Origin: an uncultured Acidobacteriaceae bacterium
GTDB lineage: Bacteria > Acidobacteriota > Terriglobia > Terriglobales > Acidobacteriaceae
Direction of reading: 5' to 3'
DNA: 64,000 bases
NCBI GenBank assembly: GCA_963785825.1
Contig: CAWAWQ010000002.1
Coordinates: 242,192-306,191, forward strand
Position 1 is the stretch's first letter, and each line of letters begins with the position of its first letter. Below the pieces are notes generated by a model. That model had not been told where the DNA came from, did not search any database, and saw nothing but the letters and a program-made list of their open reading frames with translations. A program made the translations under genes and the position numbers. Positions 1 through 9,635 of the stretch are shown here, in pieces.

Positions 1-1539
1 GGCTTTCCCATCCGCGACATCGACCTTTCCATCCAGGGTAACCCCCTTAAGCTGCAGAAAGAATTGGAGAAGGCCGGCATCTCCGTGCAAGGTGTGGACG
101 AGGAACTCCGGACGCTGCAACTGCTGATGCCGGGCAACGTGCGCGCCGAGCTCAACATGACGCGCTCGGAAACTTACGACAAGCCGGGCAAGCCGCCCGC
201 CATCGCGCCCGCCACCATCAACGAAGATCTCCGACGCCGCGATTTCACGGTCAACGCGATGGCGCTGTCGCTGAACCCCGGTTCGCGCGGCCTGCTGCTC
301 GACCCATTCAACGGCGCCGCCGACATCGAGGCCAAGGTACTTCGGGTGCTTCACAATTACGCCTTTCTGGAAGAGCCGGTCCGTTTGATCCGCGCCACGC
401 GCTTGAGCGCGCGTTTCCACTGGCCGCTGGAGGACCGCACCCAGGCACGTTACGACTCGGCGAAAGAAAACAACTACATCGAGTATCTCGGCAAACGGAT
501 GATCGGGTACGAACTGGAGCAACTGGTCCACGAAGACGACCCGCTCAACATCATGCGCGCGCTCGATAAGGAAGGCTGGCTGAAGGTGCTGCATCCGCAC
601 TGGACGATGGCCAAGATCGATGCCGGGGAATTGGGGCAGGTGGTGAAGACCCGCCAGATGATGAACGATCTCGGCTACTCCGTCGAGACCGGCCCGATCG
701 TGATGTACTTCCTCACCCGGAAGATGGGCGATAAAGACATTGCCGAAATCCAGCGCATGATTCCACGCCGCGATTTCGTCGACAAATGGAAGCACCTGGA
801 GAGCGGAGCCCATGATCTGGCGAAAAAGTTGACCGGCAGGGAAGCCAGCATGCCGTCGGGAGCATGGAAGATGCTGTCGCAGGCTGCTCCGGAGAACATC
901 CTGTTTCTGAGCTTGACTACCAGGCAACAAGCTGTCGATGCGAAGCTAAAGAACTTCTTCGGCAAATGGCGGCAAGTGAAAGACAAGTTGCCATTCCCGG
1001 AAATGGCGGAATTACGCATCACGCCTCAATTGCCGGAATACCGGGAGATCACAGACAAGGCGTTCCTGCTGTTGCTGGATGGCAAGCTGCGTTCGCATAC
1101 GGAGATCGTGAACTTTCTGAAGCCGTATGAGCCGCCACCACCGCCTCCGCCGCCTGCGCCAAGGCGCGGTCGCGGCAAAGCTGCCGCGGCTGCGGCTGGA
1201 GGAGAGGCGCCTGCAACCGGAAAACGTGGCCGCAAGCCCAAGGGCGCAGCCGCCCCGGCAGCCACGCCTGCCGCTCCGCCAGAAGTCCCAATTCAACCGC
1301 CGACTCCGGAAGCGAAGCCGCAAGCGACGGGGAAGAAAGCGCCCGCAGCGGCCGCGGCTGAAAAGAAAACTGCGCCCGCGCCAGCGAAGAAGGTAGCAGT
1401 GCCATCGAAACCTGCTGCCAAGAAGACTGCGCCGGCTAAGCCTGCGAAGAAGCAAGCCAAACCGGCCGCGAAGAAGGCTCCCGCCAAAAAGCCGGCTCCC
1501 AAGAAGGCCCCAGCGAAGAAGGCGCCAAGAAGGCGCTAG
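1..1539 (+). CDS. tRNA nucleotidyltransferase / poly(A) polymerase family protein, 5'-partial, with ~135-aa Ala/Lys/Pro-rich histone-H1-like C-terminal tail
   Basis: Frame 1 is open from nt 1. Contains 'IRDIDL' (DxD) and 'RRRDFTVNAMAL' head-domain motifs. The C-terminus runs PPPPPPPP...AKKAPAKKPAPKKAPAKKAPRRR. Confidence 0.75.
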   Translation, partial: GFPIRDIDLSIQGNPLKLQKELEKAGISVQGVDEELRTLQLLMPGNVRAELNMTRSETYDKPGKPPAIAPATINEDLRRRDFTVNAMALSLNPGSRGLLLDPFNGAADIEAKVLRVLHNYAFLEEPVRLIRATRLSARFHWPLEDRTQARYDSAKENNYIEYLGKRMIGYELEQLVHEDDPLNIMRALDKEGWLKVLHPHWTMAKIDAGELGQVVKTRQMMNDLGYSVETGPIVMYFLTRKMGDKDIAEIQRMIPRRDFVDKWKHLESGAHDLAKKLTGREASMPSGAWKMLSQAAPENILFLSLTTRQQAVDAKLKNFFGKWRQVKDKLPFPEMAELRITPQLPEYREITDKAFLLLLDGKLRSHTEIVNFLKPYEPPPPPPPPAPRRGRGKAAAAAAGGEAPATGKRGRKPKGAAAPAATPAAPPEVPIQPPTPEAKPQATGKKAPAAAAAEKKTAPAPAKKVAVPSKPAAKKTAPAKPAKKQAKPAAKKAPAKKPAPKKAPAKKAPRRR

Positions 1540-1563
1540 GCCGCTAGGGTGCCAAGTCAATAG

Positions 1564-1598
1564 GCGCCCTGGCCCCTAACCGCTAGCCCCTGACCCCT
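1564..1598. repeat. Heptanucleotide tandem array (GCGCCCT GGCCCCT AACCGCT AGCCCCT GACCCCT)
   Basis: Period-7 repeat read directly. It lies between the convergent stop codons of the CCA-family gene and trpD and touches the trpD stop. Confidence 0.7.
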
Positions 1599-2640
1599 AT
1601 TTTGTAAACTCCACCAGCAACTGCAGTCTTTGCCGGGCGTGGCCGCTGTCGATGGCGTAAGCTGCCAGCGGAACAGCGCCGCTGATGTGATCGGCATGTC
1701 CTGCCGCCACGAGCGCAGCGGCCGCGTTGAGCAGCACCACGTCGCGCCGCGGCGAGCGCTCGCCCTCCAGGATCGCACGAATGATCGCCGCATTCTGCTG
1801 CGCATCGCCCCCGGCGATCTGGTCGAGAGGTGCGCGTGATAGACCGAAGTCCTCCGGCGTAATCTCGTATACGTGCACCTGGCTGTTCCGCACCTCAGCA
1901 ATCTTGCTGGGCGCGGAGATGGTGATCTCGTCCAAGCCGTCGCGCCCATGGACCACCAGCGCGCGCCGCAGCCCAAGCTCGCTGAGTGCCTCGGCGAGCT
2001 TCTCAACCAGCTCGGAGGAGTACACCCCAACCACTTGTGCCGACGCGCGGGCTGGATTGGTCAGCGGACCGAGGAGATTGAAGACAGTGCGCAGCCGCAA
2101 CTCGCGCCGCGCAGGTTGCACGTACTTCATCGCCGAATGCAAGGCGGGGGCAAACAGAAATGCGATGCCGGTCTCGCGCAGGCATGCCGCAATGCGATTC
2201 GGAGGCAGGTTAATGTTGACTCCGAGCGCCTCCATCACATCGGCCGAGCCGCATTTCGAGCTGATGCTGCGATTGCCGTGTTTTGCCACCCGCACCCCCG
2301 CGCCCGCGATGACCAGCGCGGTTGCGGTAGAGATGTTGAAGGTGCCGCTGGTATCGCCGCCCGTCCCGCACGTGTCCACCAGGGCATCGCGTTCGGTGCC
2401 GCTGAGATCGAGCGCTTCGCCGTCTTCGCTCTTCAACGGAGTCGCTTCGGCCCGGATTGCCTGAGCAAAGCCGACAATCTCGTCCACCGTCTCGCCCTTC
2501 ATGTGCATCGCTACCAGCAGTGCTCCGATCTGCGCGTCCGTGGCTTCGCCGCCCAGGATTTGCGACATCACCTGGCGGGCCTCTTCGCGGGTAAGCGATG
2601 AGCAGTGATTGGCGATTTTGTGCAGGGCGTCGAGGATCAT
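1597..2640 (-). CDS. trpD: Anthranilate phosphoribosyltransferase
   Basis: 347 aa. The N-terminal helical domain and the '[16 protein letters not shown]' glycine-rich PRPP loop are typical of TrpD. Confidence 0.95.
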   Translation of the reverse strand: MILDALHKIANHCSSLTREEARQVMSQILGGEATDAQIGALLVAMHMKGETVDEIVGFAQAIRAEATPLKSEDGEALDLSGTERDALVDTCGTGGDTSGTFNISTATALVIAGAGVRVAKHGNRSISSKCGSADVMEALGVNINLPPNRIAACLRETGIAFLFAPALHSAMKYVQPARRELRLRTVFNLLGPLTNPARASAQVVGVYSSELVEKLAEALSELGLRRALVVHGRDGLDEITISAPSKIAEVRNSQVHVYEITPEDFGLSRAPLDQIAGGDAQQNAAIIRAILEGERSPRRDVVLLNAAAALVAAGHADHISGAVPLAAYAIDSGHARQRLQLLVEFTK

Positions 2641-2673
2641 GGGAAGCCGTCAGCTATCAGATTAGCATTCAAC
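2641..2673. repeat. Short period-7 array starting with the 15-mer GGGAAGCCGTCAGCT
   Basis: Starts 1 nt upstream of the trpD start codon. The same 15-mer recurs at 57581-57595, right after the yebC stop. Confidence 0.5.
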
Positions 2674-2732
2674 CGGAAGCGCCCTTCGCCGGTTCGCTTT
2701 CCCTCTTCGCCAGAAGAAGAAGAAGAAGATTG

Positions 2733-2785
2733 TGTCATCCTGAGCGGAGGCGTGCGTTCTTTGCACGCCGGAGTCGAAGGGTCCC
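2733..2785 (+). repeat. MITE-like hairpin element, family 'GTCATCCTGAGC...GAGTCGAAGGrtCCC'
   Basis: Sequence is tgtcatcctgagcggaggcgtgcgttctttgcacgccggagtcgaagggtccc with an internal hairpin. Five related copies occur inside the nuo intergenic spaces. Confidence 0.7.
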
Positions 2786-2906
2786 TTTCTTGGCCAAAAT
2801 ATCCGGGCCCTGTCGTGTTGCATGTGTGTCGGATCGGGAGCATAACCGCACTCAAGAAAAATTCGCATCGTAGATTCGCCCACGTGCCACGTGCGATATT
2901 GATACA

Positions 2907-3743
2907 GTGAAGTTCTGGCTCCCATCTTTTTCCATCGCGGTGCTACTGTTCTCGATTACAGCGGCGCCTGCTCAAACATCACCTACCTATCTGGGCATGG
3001 ACCGCAATGACTATCCCGGCGACGCCGCCATGGCCGCAATGCGCAAGACCTTCGCTTTTACCGGATATTGGCTGAACAATCCTCCGGGCGCAAGCCGCAA
3101 CACCTGGCATGGTAAGCGCGTTGCACTACAAAAAATGGGCTATGGTTTCCTGCTGCTGTTCAACGGCCGCGAGTATGCGCAGCTGAAAGCTTCCGGCAAT
3201 GCGGCGCATGTGGGTACAACCGATGCGGCGGCTGCGGCAAAGTCGGCGCAGCACGAAGGCTTCCCGAAAGGCGCGATCCTCTTTCTTGACCAGGAGCAGG
3301 GAGGGCGCATGTTGCCCGAGCAGCGGGCATACATCCATGCCTGGGTGGACGGTGTGGTTCGCAGCGGATATCGAGCAGGCATTTACTCCTCGGGAATCGC
3401 GTTTCGAGAATCAAGCAATGTGTCCGTGATCACGGCCAATGATATTCGCGATCATGCCGGAGGTCGCCAACTGCATTTTTTCGTCAGCAATGACCAGTGC
3501 GGCCCATCGCCGGGATGTGTTTTTCCCAAACCAGCACCAGCTCCGGGGGAGAGCGGCGTCTCGTTTGCCGATGTGTGGCAGTTCGCACAATCTCCTCGAC
3601 GTCCGGAGATGACCGCGGCTTGCCGCGAGACCTACGCCACAGACGGAAACTGCTATCCGCCTGAGATGCCTCGCGAGTCAGGTGTTCATGTGGATATCGA
3701 CGCCGCGAACTCTCCCGACCCGTCGCAGGCGAGGATTCACTAG
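2907..3743 (+). CDS. Secreted DUF1906 / Rv2525c-like glycoside-hydrolase-like domain protein
   Basis: GTG start and signal peptide MKFWLPSFSIAVLLFSITAAPAQ. The pattern 'GMD..YPG...M....F.F.GYWL', 'ILFLDQEQG' and 'GYRAGIYSS' resembles DUF1906; recognised from memory only. Confidence 0.55.
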   Translation: MKFWLPSFSIAVLLFSITAAPAQTSPTYLGMDRNDYPGDAAMAAMRKTFAFTGYWLNNPPGASRNTWHGKRVALQKMGYGFLLLFNGREYAQLKASGNAAHVGTTDAAAAAKSAQHEGFPKGAILFLDQEQGGRMLPEQRAYIHAWVDGVVRSGYRAGIYSSGIAFRESSNVSVITANDIRDHAGGRQLHFFVSNDQCGPSPGCVFPKPAPAPGESGVSFADVWQFAQSPRRPEMTAACRETYATDGNCYPPEMPRESGVHVDIDAANSPDPSQARIH

Positions 3744-3747
3744 TCGC

Positions 3748-4728
3748 ATGGACGCGCCGCCACACACTTCTTCGCCAGAGGAAATTCAACAGGCAGCACG
3801 TTTGCTGAAAGCAGGGAAGCTGGTGGCGTTTCCTACCGAAACCGTGTACGGGCTGGGCGCGAATGCACTGGACCCCGTTGCGGTCGCTCGCATTTTCGAA
3901 GCCAAGGGCCGGCCCTTCAGCAGCCCGATTATCGTGCACGTCAGTAGCATGGAAATGGTCCATCAAGTCGTTGCCGACTGGCCAAAGCAGGCGCAATCGT
4001 TGGCCCAAGCCTTCTGGCCCGGGCCATTGACGCTGGTGTTGAAGAAGCAACCCAGAGTACCGGACCTTGTCACCGCTGGTTTGGACACGGTCGGCGTACG
4101 CATGCCGGCCCATCCTGTTGCGCTGGCGCTGATCATGGCAGCGCAGCTTCCCGTCGCCGCACCCAGCGCCAATCGCTTCACACAGCTGTCGCCTACCACC
4201 GCCGAGCACGTTCGCCAGGGCTTGGGCGATCGCGTGGACTGCATCCTCGACGGCGGGCCCTGCACGGTGGGAATCGAATCAACCGTGTTGTCGCTCGCCG
4301 ACGGCGTACCGGTGCTGCTGCGGCCGGGTGGAATATCGCGTGAGCAGATCGAGCATGTGATCGGACCCATTACACAGCAGAGGGAAACTCCGGCAGGTTC
4401 ACATCCTGCCCCCGGCATGCATCCCCGGCATTACAGCCCGCGCACGAAGTTGTTGTTGGTCGAGAACGGCGAGATCCCCAGCTCCGGTAAGGGAGCCTAC
4501 CTGCAACTGCATCTTCCTCCCAAGGCCAAGGTGCAACATATCGTCCGCATGCCTGGGAATGTGTCAGCCTATGCCGCGCAACTCTATCGAACGCTGCACG
4601 ATCTCGATTCGCGCCACTATGACTGGATCGCCGTGGATGCTCCCGAGGACGCTCCGGAGTGGGAGTCCGTACGCGATCGCCTGACCCGCGCGGCAGCTTC
4701 CTTTGCCGCGGAAGCTGGGCCGTCCTGA
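3748..4728 (+). CDS. tsaC: L-threonylcarbamoyladenylate synthase (Sua5/YwlC long form)
   Basis: Contains 'GKLVAFPTETVYGLGANA' and 'IFEAKGRPFSSPIIVHV' plus a Sua5 C-terminal domain. The ATG at 3748 follows the upstream TAG stop (3741-3743). Confidence 0.85.
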   Translation: MDAPPHTSSPEEIQQAARLLKAGKLVAFPTETVYGLGANALDPVAVARIFEAKGRPFSSPIIVHVSSMEMVHQVVADWPKQAQSLAQAFWPGPLTLVLKKQPRVPDLVTAGLDTVGVRMPAHPVALALIMAAQLPVAAPSANRFTQLSPTTAEHVRQGLGDRVDCILDGGPCTVGIESTVLSLADGVPVLLRPGGISREQIEHVIGPITQQRETPAGSHPAPGMHPRHYSPRTKLLLVENGEIPSSGKGAYLQLHLPPKAKVQHIVRMPGNVSAYAAQLYRTLHDLDSRHYDWIAVDAPEDAPEWESVRDRLTRAAASFAAEAGPS

Positions 4729-4923
4729 AAACATCACCGATTCGTGCCTCAAGCGACCCGCTCGCAGGAGCGCCAGTGGCGCACGGGCCAAGAACTCTGT
4801 CTGCGTTATACAAGCTGGCATCTGCCGATCGAATCAACGCTGCATCCGATCGGAAGCTAGACTGCGTAATGCCTGAGAAGAGCGCAGCGGAGTTGCTGAG
4901 GTACCACCCAGCGATGAACGTTC

Positions 4924-7779
4924 ATGCACAGAACAGATTATGATTCCGCCGTGCCCCACCAGATGATGCGTTACCAAGCAAACCTAGTATCTGCTGCTGC
5001 AAGAGGGATAAGCCTGCGGGTCGTCGTAGCGCTTTTTCTCGTGCTGCTGGCGTGGCCCTGTGTCGGCCAGGATTCTCCGCCTCGCAATCCCGCAAACACG
5101 CCGAATCTGTACCATCCCGTGGCCGATGCGCAGGCGGTCATCGTTGCCGGGCACGCGCGCTTCACCGTTCTTACCCCGCAGCTCATACGGATGGAGTGGG
5201 CCGCTGATGGCAAGTTCGGGGACCATGCCTCGCTGGTGTTCCTCAACCGCCGGCTACCGGTACCAGAATTCAAGGTCCATCGAGAAGATGGGGAAGCGTT
5301 GACGCTCAACACTGACGCGCTCGAACTCCGCTACACGCCCGGATCCAGCAGCGACGGCAGATTTACGCCCGAGGATCTGGCGATCACGTTTACTCTGAAT
5401 GGCAAGCCGGTCACCTGGCACCCGGGAATGCCGGATACCGGGAATCTGCAAGGCACGACGCGAACCCTTGATGGCGCGCTTGGCGGCAAGACCAAAGAGC
5501 CGATGGATCCGGGCCTGATATCGCGCGATGGCTGGGTTGTGGTGGACGACTCTGCGCGCCCGCTGTTCGACTCAACCGATTTCCGTTTCCTTCAAGGCGA
5601 GAACAGTCCCTGGCCGTGGGTGATGCTGCGCCAAACGGGAGAGCGCCAGGACTGGTACTTCCTCGGATACGGCCATAACTATAAGCAGGCGCTGGCCGAC
5701 TTCATCAAAGTTGCCGGACCCATTCCGTTGCCGCCCCGCTTCGCCTTCGGCGCGTGGTGGTCGCGCTACTGGGCGTATGCCGACCAGGAACTCGATGACC
5801 TGGTGCACGGCTTCCACGAAAACGATGTACCACTGGACGTGCTGGTCATCGACATGGAATGGCACAAGACGTTTGGCCTGAGCTGGTTTTCTCCGGAGAA
5901 GGACGCATCGGGTCACACCAAGGGATGGACCGGCTACAGTTGGAATCGCCTGCTATTTCCGTACCCTGAGATGTTCCTGAAAGATATCCACGAGCAAGGG
6001 CTGAAGGTGACGTTGAACCTGCATCCCGCCTCGGGCGTGCAGCCGTGGGAGGATGCTTATCCCGCCATGGCCCGCGCGATGGGCATTGACCCGGCAACGA
6101 AGCAATACGTTCCGTTCGACATCACCAACAAGAAATTCGCAATTAATTACATGGACATTCTGCACCATCCGCTGGAAAGGGAAGGCGTGGATTTCTGGTG
6201 GCTCGACTGGCAGCAGGAGCCCAGTACGAAGATGCCCGGTGTGAGCCCGACGTGGTGGCTGAATTACGTGCACTTCACCGATCAGGCGCGCGAGGGAAAG
6301 CGACCGCTGCTATTTCATCGCTGGGGCGGCTTGGGGAATCATCGCTACGAGATCGGCTTCTCCGGCGACACCATCTCTGTCTGGGATTCTCTGGCTTTTC
6401 AGCCGTGGTTCACCGCGACCGCGGCCAACGTCGGCTATGCCTACTGGAGCCACGATATCGGCGGGCACATGCCGGGAGTGGTCGATCCCGAACTCTACAC
6501 GCGCTGGATCCAATTCGGCATCTTCAGCCCCATCCTGCGCACCCATACCACGAAAAACCCCGACGCTGAACGCCGGATTTGGGCATATCCCGAGCCTTAC
6601 TCCGACATCATGCGCGGCCTCTATCATCAGCGTTACGCCATGCTGCCGTACATCTACACCGAGGCGCGGCGCACTTACGACACAGGTCTGGCACTCCTGC
6701 ATCCGCTCTACTACGAGTGGCCGGAAGCATCCGAAGCCTACAGCGAAAAGAACGAATACATGTTCGGCGAAAGCATGATGGTCGATCCGGTGGTCGCACC
6801 CGGCGACAAGATTACCGGGCTGGTCGACGAGAGGGTTTGGCTGCCGCCCGGCGATTGGATCGAAGTAGAAACCGGCGCACATCTGCGCGGTCCGCGAATG
6901 GTGAACCGCCGCTTCTCGATCAGCCAGGTGCCGGTGTACGTTCGCGCCGGTGCGATCCTTCCCATGGCTCCTCCCATGCGCCACACCAGCGAGAAGCCGC
7001 TCGACCCGCTGATCGTGAAGATATTTCCGCTAGACGATGGGCAGAGCTCGCGTTACACGCTGTATGAGGATGCCGGTGACTCACGCGCTTATCAGCAGGG
7101 ACAGGCGGCCTGGACAGATCTGAGTGCCAGCGAGAAGGACGGCGACCTGAACGTGGAGATCGCACCCGTTCGCGGCGGCTATCCCGGCATGACCTCAACC
7201 CGCGGATATCAGATCCTATTGCCCGGCGATTGGCCGCCGCAGTCAGTCACAGTAAATGGCAAGCCAATTCTGTACTCGCGCGAAAGCCACACTCCCGGGT
7301 GGCGCTTCGAAGGCAATACGCTGACGACGGTCATCAACCTATCTGCCACGGCAGTTTCGTCGCGCGTTAGCGTTCACATCCGCCGCGCCAAAGAATTGGT
7401 CCCTCGCCGCGCCGCGCTGGACGACTTTGCGGGAACCATGACGCGCTTGCGCGAGGCGTATGACACGCTGAATCAGACCTGGCCTCTGGGCTGGTCGCCG
7501 GACGTTCTCATCGATGCCATGCAAACCGGCGACCGCCTCACCTATCACCCGGAGCTCGCCGGCGATCAGATTCAACACCTGCACGAACTTTTGCCCAAAG
7601 TCGCTGCCAGTATCAAATCGCTGGAACAAAGTGGCGCCGAACAGCAGCGGCAGGCTCTGGCGCAGCGGCTCAAGACGGAATACCAGTCCGAAGAAGCAGT
7701 GAAGGTAGGCGCTGGCTTCAAAGACAAATTGGCGCGTGCCGAGGCCGCCCTCGCTGACATCCCCGGAACGCAACAATAG
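4924..7779 (+). CDS. Glycoside hydrolase family 31 (alpha-glucosidase/alpha-xylosidase-like), secreted
   Basis: Contains 'PLDVLVIDMEWH', 'VDFWWLDWQQ' and 'FSGDTISVWDSL...WSHDIGGH' GH31 catalytic-region motifs and an N-terminal hydrophobic signal. The start could instead be the Met codons at 4963/4966. Confidence 0.85.
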   Translation: MHRTDYDSAVPHQMMRYQANLVSAAARGISLRVVVALFLVLLAWPCVGQDSPPRNPANTPNLYHPVADAQAVIVAGHARFTVLTPQLIRMEWAADGKFGDHASLVFLNRRLPVPEFKVHREDGEALTLNTDALELRYTPGSSSDGRFTPEDLAITFTLNGKPVTWHPGMPDTGNLQGTTRTLDGALGGKTKEPMDPGLISRDGWVVVDDSARPLFDSTDFRFLQGENSPWPWVMLRQTGERQDWYFLGYGHNYKQALADFIKVAGPIPLPPRFAFGAWWSRYWAYADQELDDLVHGFHENDVPLDVLVIDMEWHKTFGLSWFSPEKDASGHTKGWTGYSWNRLLFPYPEMFLKDIHEQGLKVTLNLHPASGVQPWEDAYPAMARAMGIDPATKQYVPFDITNKKFAINYMDILHHPLEREGVDFWWLDWQQEPSTKMPGVSPTWWLNYVHFTDQAREGKRPLLFHRWGGLGNHRYEIGFSGDTISVWDSLAFQPWFTATAANVGYAYWSHDIGGHMPGVVDPELYTRWIQFGIFSPILRTHTTKNPDAERRIWAYPEPYSDIMRGLYHQRYAMLPYIYTEARRTYDTGLALLHPLYYEWPEASEAYSEKNEYMFGESMMVDPVVAPGDKITGLVDERVWLPPGDWIEVETGAHLRGPRMVNRRFSISQVPVYVRAGAILPMAPPMRHTSEKPLDPLIVKIFPLDDGQSSRYTLYEDAGDSRAYQQGQAAWTDLSASEKDGDLNVEIAPVRGGYPGMTSTRGYQILLPGDWPPQSVTVNGKPILYSRESHTPGWRFEGNTLTTVINLSATAVSSRVSVHIRRAKELVPRRAALDDFAGTMTRLREAYDTLNQTWPLGWSPDVLIDAMQTGDRLTYHPELAGDQIQHLHELLPKVAASIKSLEQSGAEQQRQALAQRLKTEYQSEEAVKVGAGFKDKLARAEAALADIPGTQQ

Positions 7780-7794
7780 CCGGTAGCTTCCTTA

Positions 7795-7814
7795 TGCCCT
7801 GATATATCAGGGCA
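7795..7814 (+). terminator. Perfect 20-nt palindrome (TGCCCTGATATATCAGGGCA) downstream of the GH31 gene
   Basis: Lies 16 nt after the stop codon. The T-run is only distal (ggttattttt), so intrinsic-terminator status is uncertain. Confidence 0.4.
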
Positions 7815-8140
7815 CCCACAAGTGGTTATTTTTCCTTCCGGGCCGGTTCTTTAGCTGGCGGCACACATTGTTGGAAGAGTTTTCCAGCAGCCTTTGAAGT
7901 TGTGCCTGTTACAAATCCGTTTCGTTCGCATAACTGACATCGATGTGTTCAGAACCACGCTGTGGTTGCCGCCTACTGCGATGAGGTTGCTGACCGAGAT
8001 TTGGTGTGAGTACACTTTCGTGCCGACCTGTACCGAATTGACACACTATGTTGATAGTAGCTCAATTCTCGCTAGACTGATGTCACTCTGTACGGATACT
8101 CTTGCCATGGGATTTGTTGTTGCGAGGCCTTCCTTGCAAT

Positions 8141-8379
8141 TAGCCTGCATTATTCATGAAGACCTTGTGCCTTGAAGGGGCACGGCTTCAGCCGTGCCGT
8201 CCGCGTCATGGAAAGAACTGGGCTTCAGCCCCTGAGGGAGCTCGCACTTCGTGTCAACACCGAAATCCCTCCGTGGCTAAAGCCATCGATGATGAAATCG
8301 CATTTCGGCACGGCTAAAGCCGTGCCCTTTCAAAGACTGCTGCTTCACTTACCAAAGAGTTCATGAATAATGCAGGCTA
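8141..8379. mobile_element. Composite MITE-like element bounded by perfect 20-bp terminal inverted repeats
   Basis: TAGCCTGCATTATTCATGAA at 8141-8160 and its exact reverse complement at 8360-8379. The interior holds two head-to-head copies of hairpin modules (GGCACGGCTTCAGCCGTGCC, GGGCTTCAGCCC, GGCACGGCTAAAGCCGTGCC) related to the 14775, 28360 and 52548 elements. Confidence 0.7.
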
Positions 8380-8455
8380 GCTGTTCGCGAATCCCTTTCG
8401 ACGAATATATGCTCTACCTATTCAACGCTTGCTCCACAACATAAGCAGACTATCT

Positions 8456-9202
8456 ATGGCTTTAGACGCAAAGCTAACTCGAGTACTCAGCCAACTGACA
8501 GTTGTGGTTGTGTTGGGGTTACTATATTCACCCACCTGTGGTGCTCAGTCGACGATCCCCAAAGCCGTATTTGAGCATGACAGCAGCTTGTATTCTCAGT
8601 ATCACACGGACGTAAACATTGCTGCCGAGACATTGGCCGGCAGAGACGTAAAACTAAACATGTCGGATAACCCCCATCACAATGCGGTCAGCGATTTCGA
8701 AGAAACCCTGCCTAAGTATCCGGATCTCGATCTACGCAGGCTCGCTTGTCACTCCGACACGATTGTCGTCGGAAGGGTGATGGCATCGCAAACCGGCATT
8801 ATCTCCACGGGCGGCTTCTTGTACACGGACTCTTTGGTAAATGTTGAAGCCGTCATGAAGGGATCAGGCTTATCCGCAGGCGATAACATTGTCGTGAGCC
8901 GACCCGGCGGTGAAAGAACCGTTAACGGCCACTCGGTTATCGCCGAAGTGGGCGGATTCCCGATGCTCAAAGTGGGTACTCGATATCTTCTGTTCCTACA
9001 GAACCTATCAGAACCCAAGTCCTACCGAACTTTCAATGTCGGATCGTTTTCTTTAGAACCTAAACCGGCGGATCTATACGGAGACGCCTTACGAATTGAG
9101 AGCGCTCAGTCAGAAAACACCTTTTTGACCGAAGTGATGGCTGCAGTGACCGCCCCGTGCGCAGGAATTGGAGGAGCACTCGACAGTGGAGGCAGCCGAT
9201 GA
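8456..9202 (+). CDS. Hypothetical secreted protein
   Basis: The ATG at 8456 gives signal peptide MALDAKLTRVLSQLTVVVVLGLLYSPTCGAQS. The region is visibly AT-richer than its surroundings, and no domain was recognised. Confidence 0.5.
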   Translation: MALDAKLTRVLSQLTVVVVLGLLYSPTCGAQSTIPKAVFEHDSSLYSQYHTDVNIAAETLAGRDVKLNMSDNPHHNAVSDFEETLPKYPDLDLRRLACHSDTIVVGRVMASQTGIISTGGFLYTDSLVNVEAVMKGSGLSAGDNIVVSRPGGERTVNGHSVIAEVGGFPMLKVGTRYLLFLQNLSEPKSYRTFNVGSFSLEPKPADLYGDALRIESAQSENTFLTEVMAAVTAPCAGIGGALDSGGSR

Positions 9203-9609
9203 AGCACGTCGTAGGGTATGCCTGCTGCCTTGTTGTGCTTGCTACCTACTCGCTAACGCAATGTGCGAGGACCGACGGCACGGGTTGGCGCCAAGGCTCA
9301 ACTGTCTATTATTCTATTAATAGCAACATCTCTGGATCAGAGAAAACTCAGATCCAGAATGGGATACAGAAGTGGAATACTGCCAACCAACAAAATAACA
9401 ATTCGGACATAACCTTTCTTCCATCGGACGCCGGTCATTCCCCCGCCTGGACTATCCAGAACGCACAAACGCCTATTAACAAAGGTTCGCAGACCCTCAA
9501 AAACATGCCGCGTGGCGACGGCGTAGTTGCCTCAGCAGTCACGACGATAGGCATTGAAACGAAAACCGACAGCAAAAGTCCCATATACGACATTAATCAA
9601 CCGGGATAA
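9199..9609 (+). CDS. Hypothetical lipoprotein, possibly a truncated metzincin-like remnant
   Basis: ATGA start/stop overlap with the upstream ORF. Signal plus Cys (MKHVVGYACCLVVLATYSLTQC). The 'W..GSTVYYSI...IQNGIQKWNTA...ITF' pattern resembles the N-terminal half of matrixin/serralysin folds, but no HExxH is present. Confidence 0.4.
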   Translation: MKHVVGYACCLVVLATYSLTQCARTDGTGWRQGSTVYYSINSNISGSEKTQIQNGIQKWNTANQQNNNSDITFLPSDAGHSPAWTIQNAQTPINKGSQTLKNMPRGDGVVASAVTTIGIETKTDSKSPIYDINQPG

Positions 9610-9635
9610 AACAACGTCTTCGTCAAGGAGGCGGA

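Noticed and set aside
1012-1560. Several overlapping minus-strand and alternate-frame ORFs inside the AKP-rich tail region
   Set aside because: These are low-complexity translations of the GC-rich repetitive tail. The plus frame 1 reading is continuous with the enzyme body.
8172-8366. Small ORFs translated from repeats: 8172-8366, 49284-49496, 51903-52508, 51133-51435 and 51326-51655
   Set aside because: They are read-throughs of MITE hairpin modules or heptamer arrays (peptides such as GHGFSRAV, PSLRDSGL, PSAKCQVP), not genes.
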